Shown in pieces: positions 47,988-59,100 of a DNA stretch of 64,000 nt; positions within the stretch are counted from its first letter, which is position 1; each line of letters opens with the position of its first letter. This DNA is from Eledone cirrhosa (taxonomy: Eukaryota), in contig OZ024744.1 of assembly GCA_964016885.1 (NCBI GenBank), positions 134,292,001 through 134,356,000 on the forward strand, given 5' to 3'. Position numbers and translations under genes: made by a program. Below the pieces are notes generated by a model. That model had not been told where the DNA came from, made no database searches, and was given only the letters and a program-made list of their open reading frames with translations.

Positions 47988-50542
47988 TGGGGCTAGGTTA
48001 AGTTGGGGCTGAGTTAAGTTGGGGTTAAGTTAAGTTGGGGTTAAGTTAAGTTGGGGTTAATTTAAGTTGGGGTTTATTTAAGTTGGGGTTACGTTAAGTT
48101 GGTGTTAAGTTAAGTTGGGGTTAATTTAAGTTGGGGTTAATTAAGTTGGGGTTAAGTTAAGTTGGGGTTAAGTTAAGTTGGGGTTAAGTTAAGTTGGGGT
48201 TCAGTTAAGTTGGGTATAAGTTAAGTTGGGTATAAGTTAAGTTGGGGTTAAGTTAAGTTGGGGTTAAGTTAAGTTGGTGTTAAGTTAAGTTGGGGCTAAG
48301 TTAAGTTGGGGCTGAGTTAAGTTGGGGCTGAGTTAAGTTGGGGTTAAGTTAAGTTGGGGTCAAGTTAAGTTGGGGTTAAGTTGGGGTTAAGTTAAGTTAG
48401 GTTTAAGTTAAGATGGGGTTAAGTTAAGTTGGGGTTAAGTTAAGTTGGGGTTAAGTTAATTTGTGGTTAATTTAAGTTGGGGTTAAGTTAAGTTGGGGTT
48501 AAGTTAAGTTGGGGTTAAGTTAAGTCGGGGTTAAGTTAAGTTGGGGTTAAGTTAAGTTGGGGTTAATTTAAGTTGGGGTTAAGTTAAGTTGGGGTCAAGT
48601 TAAGTTGGGGTTAAGTTGGGGTTAAGTTAAGTTAGGTTTAAGTTAAGTTGGGGTTAAGTTAAGTTGGGGTTAAGTTAAGTTGGGGTTAAGTTAAGTTGGG
48701 GTTAAGTTAAGTTGGGGTTAAGTTAATTTGTGGTTAAGTTAAGTTGGGGTTAAGTTAAGTTGGGGTTAAGTTAAGTTGGGGTTAAGTTAAGTCGGGGTTA
48801 AGTTAAGTTGGGGTTAAGTTAAGTTGGGGTTAATTTAAGTTGGGGTTAAGTTAAGTTGGGGTTAAGTTAAGTTGGGGTTAAATTAAGTTGGGGTTAAGTT
48901 AAGTTGGGGTTAAGTCAAGTTGGGGTTAAGTTAAGTTGGGGATAAGTTAAGTTGGGGATAATTTAAGTTGGGGTTAAGTTAAGTTGGGTTTAAGTTAAGT
49001 TGGGGTTAAGTTAAGTTGGGGTTAAGTTAAGTTGGGGTTAAGTTAAGTTGGGGTTAAGTTAAGTTGGGGTTAAGTTAAGTTGGGGCTAAGTTAAGTTGGG
49101 GCTGAGTTAAGTTGGGGTTAAGTTAAGTTGGGCTTAATTTAAGTCGGGGTTAAGTTAAGTTAGGGTTCAGTTAAGTTGGGGTTAAGTTAAGTTGGGGTTA
49201 AGTTAAGTTGGGGTTAAGTTAAGTCGGGGTTAAGTTAAGTTGGGGTTAAGTTAAGTTGGGGTTAAGTTAAGTCGGGGTTAAGTTAAGTTGGGGTTAAGTT
49301 AAGTTGGGGTTAATTTAAGTTGGGGTTAAGTTAAGTTGGGGTTAAGTTAAGTTGGGGTTAAGTTAAGATGGGGTTAATTTAAGTTGGGGTTAAGTTAAGT
49401 TGAGGTTAAGTTATGTTGGGGTTAAATTAAGTTGGGGTTAAGTTAAGTTGGGGTTAAGTCAAGTTGGGGTTAAGTTAAGTTGGGGATAAGTTAAGTTGGG
49501 GATAATTTAAGTTGGGTTTAAGTTAAGTTGGGGTTAAGTTGAGTTGGGGTTAAGTTAAGTTGGGGTTAAGTTAAGTTGGGGTTAATTTAAGTTGGGGCTA
49601 AGTTAAGTTGGGACTGAGTTAAGTTGGGGTTAAGTTAAGTTGGGGTTAAGTTAAGTTGGGGTTAAGTTAAGTTGGAGTTTATTTAAGTTGGGGTTAAGTT
49701 AAGTTGGGGTTCAGTTAAGTTGGGGTTAAGTTAAGTTGGGGTTAAGATGGGGTTAAATTAAGTTGGGGTTAAGTTAAGTTGGGGTTAAGTTAAGTTGGGG
49801 TTAATTTAAGTTGGGGCTAAGTTAAGTTGGGACTGAGTTAAGTTGGGGTTAAGTTAAGTTGGGGTTAAGTTAAGTTGGAGTTTATTTAAGTTGGGGTTAA
49901 GTTAAGTTGGGGTTCAGTTAAGTTGGGGTTAAGTTAAGTTGGGGTTAAGATGGGGTTAAATTAAGTTGGGGTTAAGTTAAGTTGGGGTTAAGTTAAGTCG
50001 GGGTTAAGTTAAGTCGGGGTTAAGTTAAGTTAGGGTTCAGTTAAGTTGGGGTTAAGTTAAGTTGGGGTTGAGTTAAGTTGGGGTTGAGTTAAATTGGGGT
50101 TGAGTTAAGTTGGGGTTGAGTTAGGTTGGTGTTGAGTTAAGTTGGGGTTAAGTTAAGTTGGGGTTAAGTTAATTTGTGGTTAAGTTAAGTTGGGGTTAAG
50201 TTAAGTTGGGGTTAAGTTAAGTTGGGGTTAAGTTAAGTCGGGGTTAAGTTAAGTTGGGGTTGAGTTAAGTTGGGGTTAATTTAAGTTGGGGTTAAGTTAA
50301 GTTGGGGTTAATTTAAGTTGGGGTTAAGTTAAGTTGGGGTTAAGTTAAGTTGGGGTTAAGTTAAGTTGAGGTTAAGTTAAGTTGGGGTTAAATTAAGTTG
50401 GGGATAAGTTAAGTTGGGGATAATTTAAGATGGGGTTAAGTTAAGTTGGGTTTAAGTTAAGTTGGGGTTAAGTTAAGTTGGGGATAAGTTAAGTTGGGGT
50501 TAAGTTAAGTTGGGTTTAAGTTAAGTTGGGGTTAAGTTAAGT
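47988..50542 (+). repeat. HOR unit (2,555 bp) of the GCTAGG subfamily, closely related to the units at 1-4656
   Basis: GCTAGG at 47993 and 50548; TTATG at 49414 matches 1427 at the same offset (47987) as GCTAGG 6/47993. Confidence 0.85.
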
Positions 50543-53299
50543 TGGGGCTAGGTTAAGTTGGGGCTGAGTTAAGTTGGGGTTAAGTTAAGTTGGGGTTAAG
50601 TTAAGTTGGGGTTAATTTAAGTTGGGGTTTATTTAAGTTGGGGTTACGTTAAGTTGGTGTTAAGTTAAGTTGGGGTTAATTTAAGTTGGGGTTAATTAAG
50701 TTGGGGTTAAGTTAAGTTGGGGTTAAGTTAAGTTGGGGTTAAGTTAAGTTGGGGTTCAGTTAAGTTGGGTATAAGTTAAATTGGGTATAAGTTAAGTTGG
50801 GGTTAAGTTAAGTTGGGGTTAAGTTAAGTTGGTGTTAAGTTAAGTTGGGGCTAAGTTAAATTGGGGTTGAGTTAAGTTGGGGTTGAGATAAGTTGGGGTT
50901 AAGTTAAGTTGGGGTCAAGTTAAGTTGGGGTTAAGTTGGGGTTAAGTTAAGTTAGGTTTAAGTTAAGTTGGGGTTAAGTTAAGTTGGGGTTAAGTTAAGT
51001 TGGGGTTAAGTTAAGTTGGGGTTAAGTTAAGTTGGGGTTAAGTTAATTTGTGGTTAAGTTAAGTTGGGGTTAAGTTAAGTTGGGGTTAAGTTAAGTTGGG
51101 GTTAAGTTAAGTCGGGGTTAAGTTAAGTTGGGGTTAAGTTAAGTTGGGGTTAATTTAAGTTGGGGTTAAGTTAAGTTGGGGTTAAGTTAAGTTGGGGTTA
51201 AATTAAGTTGGGGTTCAGTTAAGTTGGGGTTAAGTCAAGTTGGGGTTAAGTTAAGTTGGGGATAAGTTAAGTTGGGGATAATTTAAGTTGGGGTTAAGTT
51301 AAGTTGGGTTTAAGTTAAGTTGGGGTTAAGTTAAGTTGGGGTTAAGTTAAGTTGGGGTTAAGTTAAGTTGGGGTTAAGTTAAGTTGGGGTTAAGTTAAGT
51401 TGGGGCTAAGTTAAGTTGGGGCTGAGTTAAGTTGGGGTTAAGTTAAGTTGGGCTTAATTTAAGTCGGGGTTAAGTTAAGTTAGGGTTCAGTTAAGTTGGG
51501 GTTAAGTTAAGTTGGGGTTAAGTTAAGTTGGGGTTAAGTTAAGTCGGGGTTAAGTTAAGTTGGGGTTAAGTTAAGTTGGGGTTAAGTTAAGTCGGGGTTA
51601 AGTTAAGTTGGGGTTAAGTTAAGTTGGGGTTAATTTAAGTTGGGGTTAAGTTAAGTTGGGGTTAAGTTAAGTTGGGGTTAAGTTAAGATGGGGTTAATTT
51701 AAGTTGGGGTTAAGTTAAGTTGGGGTTAAATTAAGTTGGGGTTAAGTTAAGTTGGGGTTAAGTCAAGTTGGGGTTAAGTTAAGTTGGGGATAAGTTAAGT
51801 TGGGGATAATTTAAGTTGGGTTTAAGTTAAGTTGGGGTTAAGTTGAGTTGGGGTTAAGTTAAGTTGGGGTTAAGTTAAGTTGGGGTTAATTTAAGTTGGG
51901 GCTAAGTTAAGTTGGGACTGAGTTAAGTTGGGGTTAAGTTAAGTTGGGGTTAAGTTAAGTTGGGGTTAAGTTAAGTTGGAGTTTATTTAAGTTGGGGTTA
52001 AGTTAAGTTGGGGTTCAGTTAAGTTGGGGTTAAGTTAAGTTGGGGTTAAGATGGGGTTAAATTAAGTTGGGGTTAAGTTAAGTTGGGGTTAAGTTAAGTT
52101 GGGGTTAAGTTAAGTCGGGGTTAAGTTAAGTCGGGGTTAAGTTAAGTTAGGGTTCAGTTAAGTTGGGGTTAAGTTAAGTTGGGGTTGAGTTAAGTTGGGG
52201 TTGAGTTAAATTGGGGTTGAGTTAAGTTGGGGTTGAGTTAAGTTGGTGTTGAGTTAAGTTGGGGTTAAGTTAAGTTGGGGTTAAGTTAATTTGTGGTTAA
52301 GTTAAGTTGGGGTTAAGTTAAGTTGGGGTTAAGTTAAGTTGGGGTTAAGTTAAGTTGGGGTTAAGTTAAGTTGGGGTTAAGTTAATTTGTGGTTAAGTTA
52401 AGTTGGGGTTAAGTTAAGTTGGGGTTAAGTTAAGTTGGGGTTAAGTTAAGTCGGGGTTAAGTTAAGTTGGGGTTAAGTTAAGTTGGGGTTAATTTAAGTT
52501 GGGGTTAAGTTAAGTTGGGGTTAAGTTAAGTTGGGGTTAAATTAAGTTGGGGTTAAGTTAAGTTGGGGTTAAGTCAAGTTGGGGTTAAGTTAAGTTGGGG
52601 ATAAGTTAAGTTGGGGATAATTTAAGTTGGGGTTAAGTTAAGTTGGGTTTAAGTTAAGTTGGGGTTAATTTAAGTTGGGGTTAAGTTAAGTTGGGGTTAA
52701 GTTAAGTTGGGGTTAAGTTAAGTTGGGGTTAAGTTAAGTTGGGGCTAAGTTAAGTTGGGGCTGAGTTAAGTTGGGGTTAAGTAAAGTTGGGCTTAATTTA
52801 AGTCGGGGTTAAGTTAAGTTAGGGTTCAGTTAAGTTGGGGTTAAGTTAAGTTGGGGTTAAGTTAAGTTGGGGTTAAGTTAAGTCGGGGTTAAGTTAAGTT
52901 GGGGTTAAGTTAAGTTGGGGTTAAGTTAAGTCGGGGTTAAGTTAAGTTGGGGTTAAGTTAAGTTGGGGTTAATTTAAGTTGGGGTTAAGTTAAGTTGGGG
53001 TTAAGTTAAGTTGGGGTTAAGTTAAGATGGGGTTAATTTAAGTTGGGGTTAAGTTAAGTTGAGGTTAAGTTAAGTTGGGGTTAAATTAAGTTGGGGTTAA
53101 GTTAAGTTGGGGTTAAGTCAAGTTGGGGTTAAGTTAAGTTGGGGATAAGTTAAGTTGGGGATAATTTAAGTTGGGTTTAAGTTAAGTTGGGGTTAAGTTG
53201 AGTTGGGGTTAAGTTAAGTTGGGGTTAAGTTAAGTTGGGGTTAATTTAAGTTGGGGCTAAGTTAAGTTGGGACTGAGTTAAGTTGGGGTTAAGTTAAGT

Positions 53300-56100
53300 T
53301 GGGGTTAAGTTAAGTTGGGGTTAAGTTAAGTTGGAGTTTATTTAAGTTGGGGTTAAGTTAAGTTGGGGTTAAGATGGGGTTAAATTAAGTTGGGGTTAAG
53401 TTAAGTTGGGGTTAAGTTAAGTTGGGGTTAAGTTAAGTTGGGGTTAAGTTAAGTCGGGGTTAAGTTAAGTCGGGGTTAAGTTAAGTTAGGGTTCAGTTAA
53501 GTTGGGGTTAAGTTAAGTTGGGGTTAAGTTAAGTTGGGGTTGAGTTAAATTGGGGTTGAGTTAAGTTGGGGTTGAGATAAGTTGGTGTTGAGTTAAGTTG
53601 GGGTTAAGTTAAGTTGGGGTTAAGTTAATTTGTGGTTAAGTTAAGTTGGGGTTAAGTTAAGTTGGGGTTAAGTTAAGTTGGGGTTAAGTTAAGTCGGGGT
53701 TAAGTTAAGTTGGGGTTGAGTTAAGTTGGGGTTAATTTAAGTTGGGGTTAAGTTAAGTTGGGGTTAAGTTAAGTTGGGGTTAAGTTAAGTTGGGGTTAAG
53801 TTAAGTTGGGGTTAAGTTAAGTTGAGGTTAAGTTAAGTTGGGGTTAAATTAAGTTGGGGTTAAGTTAAGTTGGGGTTAAGTTAAGTTGGGGTTAAGTTAA
53901 GTTGGGGATAAGTTAAGTTGGGGATAATTTAAGTTGGGGTTAAGTTAAGTTGGGTTTAAGTTAAGTTGGGGTTAAGTTAAGTTGGGGATAAGTTAAGTTG
54001 GGGTTAAGTTAAGTTGGGGTTAAGTTAAGTTGGGGTTAAGTTGGGGCTAAGTTAAGTTGGGGCTGAGTTAAGTTGGGGTTAAGTTAAGTTGGGGTTAAGT
54101 TAAGTTGGGGTTAATTTAAGTTGGGGTTTATTTAAGTTGGGGTTACGTTAAGTTGGTGTTAAGTTAAGTTGGGGTTAATTTAAGTTGGGGTTAATTAAGT
54201 TGGGGTTAAGTTAAGTTGGGGTTAAGTTAAGTTGGGGTTAATTTAAGTTGGGGTTGAGTTAAGTTGGGGTTAAGTTAAGTTGGGGTTATATTAAGTTGGG
54301 GTTAAGTTAAGTTGGGGTTCAGTTAAGTTGGGTATAAGTTAAGTTGGGGTTAAGTTAAGTTGGGGTTAAGTTAAGTTGGGGTTAAGTTAAGTTGGTGTTA
54401 AGTTAAGTTGGGGCTAAGTTAAGTTGGGGCTGAGTTAAGTTGGGGCTGAGTTAAGTTGGGGTTAAGTTAAGTTGGGGTCAAGTTAAGTTGGGGTTAAGTT
54501 GGGGTTAAGTTAAGTTAGGTTTAAGTTAAGATGGGGTTAAGTTAAGTTGGGGTTAAGTTAAGTTGGGGTTAAGTTAATTTGTGGTTAAGTTAAGTTGGGG
54601 TTAAGTTAAGTTGGGGTTAAGTTAAGTTGGGGTTAAGTTAAGTCGGGGTTAAGTTAAGTTGGGGTTAAGTTAAGTTGGGGTTAATTTAAGTTGGGGTTAA
54701 GTTAAGTTGGGGTCAAGTTAAGTTGGGGTTAAGTTGGGGTTAAGTTAAGTTAGGTTTAAGTTAAGTTGGGGTTAAGTTAAGTTGGGGTTAAGTTAAGTTG
54801 GGGTTAAGTTAAGTTGGAGTTTATTTAAGTTGGGGTTAAGTTAAGTTGGGGTTAAGATGGGGTTAAATTAAGTTGGGGTTAAGTTAAGTTGGGGTTAAGT
54901 TAAGTTGGGGTTAAGTTAAGTTGGGGTTAAGTTAAGTCGGGGTTAAGTTAAGTCGGGGTTAAGTTAAGTTAGGGTTCAGTTAAGTTGGGGTTAAGTTAAG
55001 TTGGGGTTAAGTTAAGTTGGGGTTGAGTTAAATTGGGGTTGAGTTAAGTTGGGGTTGAGATAAGTTGGTGTTGAGTTAAGTTGGGGTTAAGTTAAGTTGG
55101 GGTTAAGTTAATTTGTGGTTAAGTTAAGTTGAGGTTAAGTTAAGTTGGGGTTAAATTAAGTTGGGGTTAAGTTAAGTTGGGGTTAAGTTAAGTTGGGGTT
55201 AAGTTAAGTTGGGGATAAGTTAAGTTGGGGATAATTTAAGTTGGGGTTAAGTTAAGTTGGGTTTAAGTTAAGTTGGGGTTAAGTTAAGTTGGGGATAAGT
55301 TAAGTTGGGGTTAAGTTAAGTTGGGGTTAAGTTAAGTTGGGGTTAAGTTGGTGCTAAGTTAAGTTGGGGCTGAGTTAAGTTGGGGTTAAGTTAAGTTGGG
55401 GTTAAGTTAAGTTGGGGTTAATTTAAGTTGGGGTTTATTTAAGTTGGGGTTACGTTAAGTTGGTGTTAAGTTAAGTTGGGGTTAATTTAAGTTGGGGTTA
55501 ATTAAGTTGGGGTTAAGTTAAGTTGGGGTTAAGTTAAGTTGGGGTTAATTTAAGTTGGGGTTGAGTTAAGTTGGGGTTAAGTTAAGTTGGGGTTATATTA
55601 AGTTGGGGTTAAGTTAAGTTGGGGTTCAGTTAAGTTGGGTATAAGTTAAGTTGGGGTTAAGTTAAGTTGGGGTTAAGTTAAGTTGGGGTTAAGTTAAGTT
55701 GGTGTTAAGTTAAGTTGGGGCTAAGTTAAGTTGGGGCTGAGTTAAGTTGGGGCTGAGTTAAGTTGGGGTTAAGTTAAGTTGGCGTCAAGTTAAGTTGGGG
55801 TTAAGTTGGGGTTAAGTTAAGTTAGGTTTAAGTTAAGATGGGGTTAAGTTAAGTTGGGGTTAAGTTAAGTTGGGGTTAAGTTAATTTGTGGTTAAGTTAA
55901 GTTGGGGTTAAGTTAAGTTGGGGTTAAGTTAAGTTGGGGTTAAGTTAAGTCGGGGTTAAGTTAAGTTGGGGTTAAGTTAAGTTGGGGTTAATTTAAGTTG
56001 GGGTTAAGTTAAGTTGGGGTCAAGTTAAGTTGGGGTTAAGTTGGGGTTAAGTTAAGTTAGGTTTAAGTTAAGTTGGGGTTAAGTTAAGTTGGGGTTAAGT
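53300..56100 (+). repeat. Tandem duplication of ~1,483 bp with a ~176-bp deletion in the second copy
   Basis: GGAGTTTATTT 53335/54818 and GAGATAAG 53576/55059 (offset 1483); then TTACG 54146/55453 (offset 1307). Confidence 0.8.
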
Positions 56101-59100
56101 TAAGTTGGGGTTAAGTTAAGTTGGGGTTAAGTTAAGTTGGGGTTAAGTTAATTTGTGGTTAAGTTAAGTTGGGGTTAAGTTAAGTTGGGGTTAAGTTAAG
56201 TTGGGGTTAAGTTAAGTCGGGGTTAAGTTAAGTTGGGGTTAAGTTAAGTTGGGGTTAATTTAAGTTGGGGTTAAGTTAAGTTGGGGTTAAGTTAAGTTGG
56301 GGTTAAATTAAGTTGGGGTTAAGTTAAGTTGGGGTTAAGTCAAGTTGGGGTTAAGTTAAGTTGGGGATAAGTTAAGTTGGGGATAATTTAAGTTGGGGTT
56401 AAGTTAAGTTGGGTTTAAGTTAAGTTGGGGTTAAGTTAAGTTGGGGTTAAGTTAAGTTGGGGTTAAGTTAAGTTGGGGTTAAGTTAAGTTGGGGTTAAGT
56501 TAAGTCGGGGTTAAGTTAAGTTGGGGTTAAGTTAAGTTGGGGTTAATTTAAGTTGGGGTTAAGTTAAGTTGGGGTCAAGTTAAGTTGGGGTTAAGTTGGG
56601 GTTAAGTTAAGTTAGGTTTAAGTTAAGTTGGGGTTAAGTTAAGTTGGGGTTAAGTTAAGTTTGGGTTAAGTTAAGTTGGGGTTAAGTTAAGTTGGGGTTA
56701 AGTTAATTTGTGGTTAAGTTAAGTTGGGGTTAAGTTAAGTTGGGGTTAAGTTAAGTTGGGGTTAAGTTAAATCGGGGTTAAGTTAAGTTGGGGTTAAGTT
56801 AAGTTGGGGTTAATTTAAGTTGGGGTTAAGTTAAGTTGGGGTTAAGTTAAGTTGGGGTTAAATTAAGTTGGGGTTAAGTTAAGTTGGGGTTAAGTCAAGT
56901 TGGGGTTAAGTTAAGTTGGGGATAAGTTAAGTTGGGGATAATTTAAGTTGGGGTTAAGTTAAGTTGGGTTTAAGTTAAGTTGGGGTTAAGTTAAGTTGGG
57001 GTTAAGTTAAGTTGGGGTTAAGTTAAGTTGGGGTTAAGTTAAGTTGGGGTTAAGTTAAGTTGTGGCTAAGTTAAGTTGGGGCTGAGTTAAGTTGGGGTTA
57101 AGTTAAGTTGGGCTTAATTTAAGTTGGGGTTAAGTTAAGTTAGGGTTCAGTTAAGTTGGGGTTAAGTTAAGTTGGGGTTAAGTTAAGTTGGGGTTAAGTT
57201 AAGTCGGGGTTAAGTTAAGTTGGGGTTAAGTTAAGTTGGGGTTAAGTTAAGTCGGGGTTAAGTTAAGTTGGGGTTAAGTTAAGTTGGGGTTAATTTAAGT
57301 TGGGGTTAAGTTAATTTGGGGTTAAGTTAAGTTGGGGTTAAGTTAAGATGGGGTTAATTTAAGTTGGGGTTAAGTTAAGTTGAGGTTAAGTTAAGTTGGG
57401 GTTAAATTAAGTTGGGGTTAAGTTAAGTTGGGGTTAAGTCAAGTTGGGGTTAAGTTAAGTTGGGGATAAGTTAAGTTGGGGATAATTTAAGTTGGGTTTA
57501 AGTTAAGTTGGGGTTAAGTTAAGTTGGGGTTAATTTAAGTTGGGGCTAAGTTAAGTTGGGACTGAGTTAAGTTGGGGTTAAGTTAAGTTGGGGTTAAGTT
57601 AAGTTGGAGTTTATTTAAGTTGGGGTTAAGTTAAGTTGGGGTTCAGTTAAGTTGGGGTTAAGTTAAGTTGGGGTTAAGATGGGGTTAAATTAAGTTGGGG
57701 TTAAGTTAAGTTGGGGTTAAGTTAAGTTGGGGTTAAGTTAAGTCGGGGTTAAGTTAAGTCGGGGTTAAGTTAAGTTAGGGTTCAGTTAAGTTGGGGTTAA
57801 GTTAAGTTGGGGTTGAGTTAAGTTGGGGTTGATTTAAATTGGGGTTGAGTTAAGTTGGGGTTGAGTTAAGTTGGTGTTGAGTTAAGTTGGGGTTAAGTTA
57901 AGTTGGGGTTAAGTTAATTTGTGGTTAAGTTAAGTTGGGGTTAAGTTAAGTTGGGATTAAGTTAAGTTGGGGTTAAGTTAAGTCGGGGTTAAGTTAAGTT
58001 GGGGTTGAGTTAAGTTGGGGTTAATTTAAGTTGGGGTTAAGTTAAGTTGGGGTTAAGTTAAGTTGGGGTTAAGTTAAGTTGGGGTTAAGTTAAGTTGGGG
58101 CTAGGTTAAGTTGGGGCTGAGTTAAGTTGGGGTTAAGTTAAGTTGGGGTTAAGTTAAGTTGGGGTTAATTTAAGTTGGGGTTTATTTAAGTTGGGGTTAC
58201 GTTAAGTTGGTGTTAAGTTAAGTTGGGGTTAATTTAAGTTGGGGTTAATTAAGTTGGGGTTAAGTTAAGTTGGGGTTAAGTTAAGTTGGGGTTAAGTTAA
58301 GTTGGGGTTCAGTTAAGTTGGGTATAAGTTAAGTTGGGTATAAGTTAAGTTGGGGTTAAGTTAAGTTGGGGTTAAGTTAAGTTGGTGTTAAGTTAAGTTG
58401 GGGCTAAGTTAAGTTGGGGCTGAGTTAAGTTGGGGTTAAGTTAAGTTGGGGTCAAGTTAAGTTGGGGTTAAGTTGGGGTTAAGTTAAGTTAGGTTTAAGT
58501 TAAGATGGGGTTAAGTTAAGTTGGGGTTAAGTTAAGTTGGGGTTAAGTTAATTTGTGGTTAAGTTAAGTTGGGGTTAAGTTAAGTTGGGGTTAAGTTAAG
58601 TTGGGGTTAAGTTAAGTCGGGGTTAAGTTAAGTTGGGGTTAAGTTAAGTTGGGGTTAATTTAAGTTGGGGTTAAGTTAAGTTGGGGTCAAGTTAAGTTGG
58701 GGTTAAGTTGGGGTTAAGTTAAGTTAGGTTTAAGTTAAGTTGGGGTTAAGTTAAGTTGGGGTTAAGTTAAGTTGGGGTTAAATTAAGTTGGGGTTAAGTT
58801 AAGTTGGGGTTAAGTTAATTTGTGGTTAAGTTAAGTTGGGGTTAAGTTAAGTTGGGGTTAAGTTAATTTGGGGTTAAGTTAAGTCGGGGTTAAGTTAAGT
58901 TGGGGTTAAGTTAAGTTGGGGTTAATTTAAGTTGGGGTTAAGTTAAGTTGGGGTTAAGTTAAGTTGGGGTTAAATTAAGTTGGGGTTAAGTTAAGTTGGG
59001 GTTAAGTCAAGTTGGGGTTAAGTTAAGTTGGGGATAAGTTAAGTTGGGGATAATTTAAGTTGGGGTTAAGTTAAGTTGGGTTTAAGTTAAGTTGGGGTTA

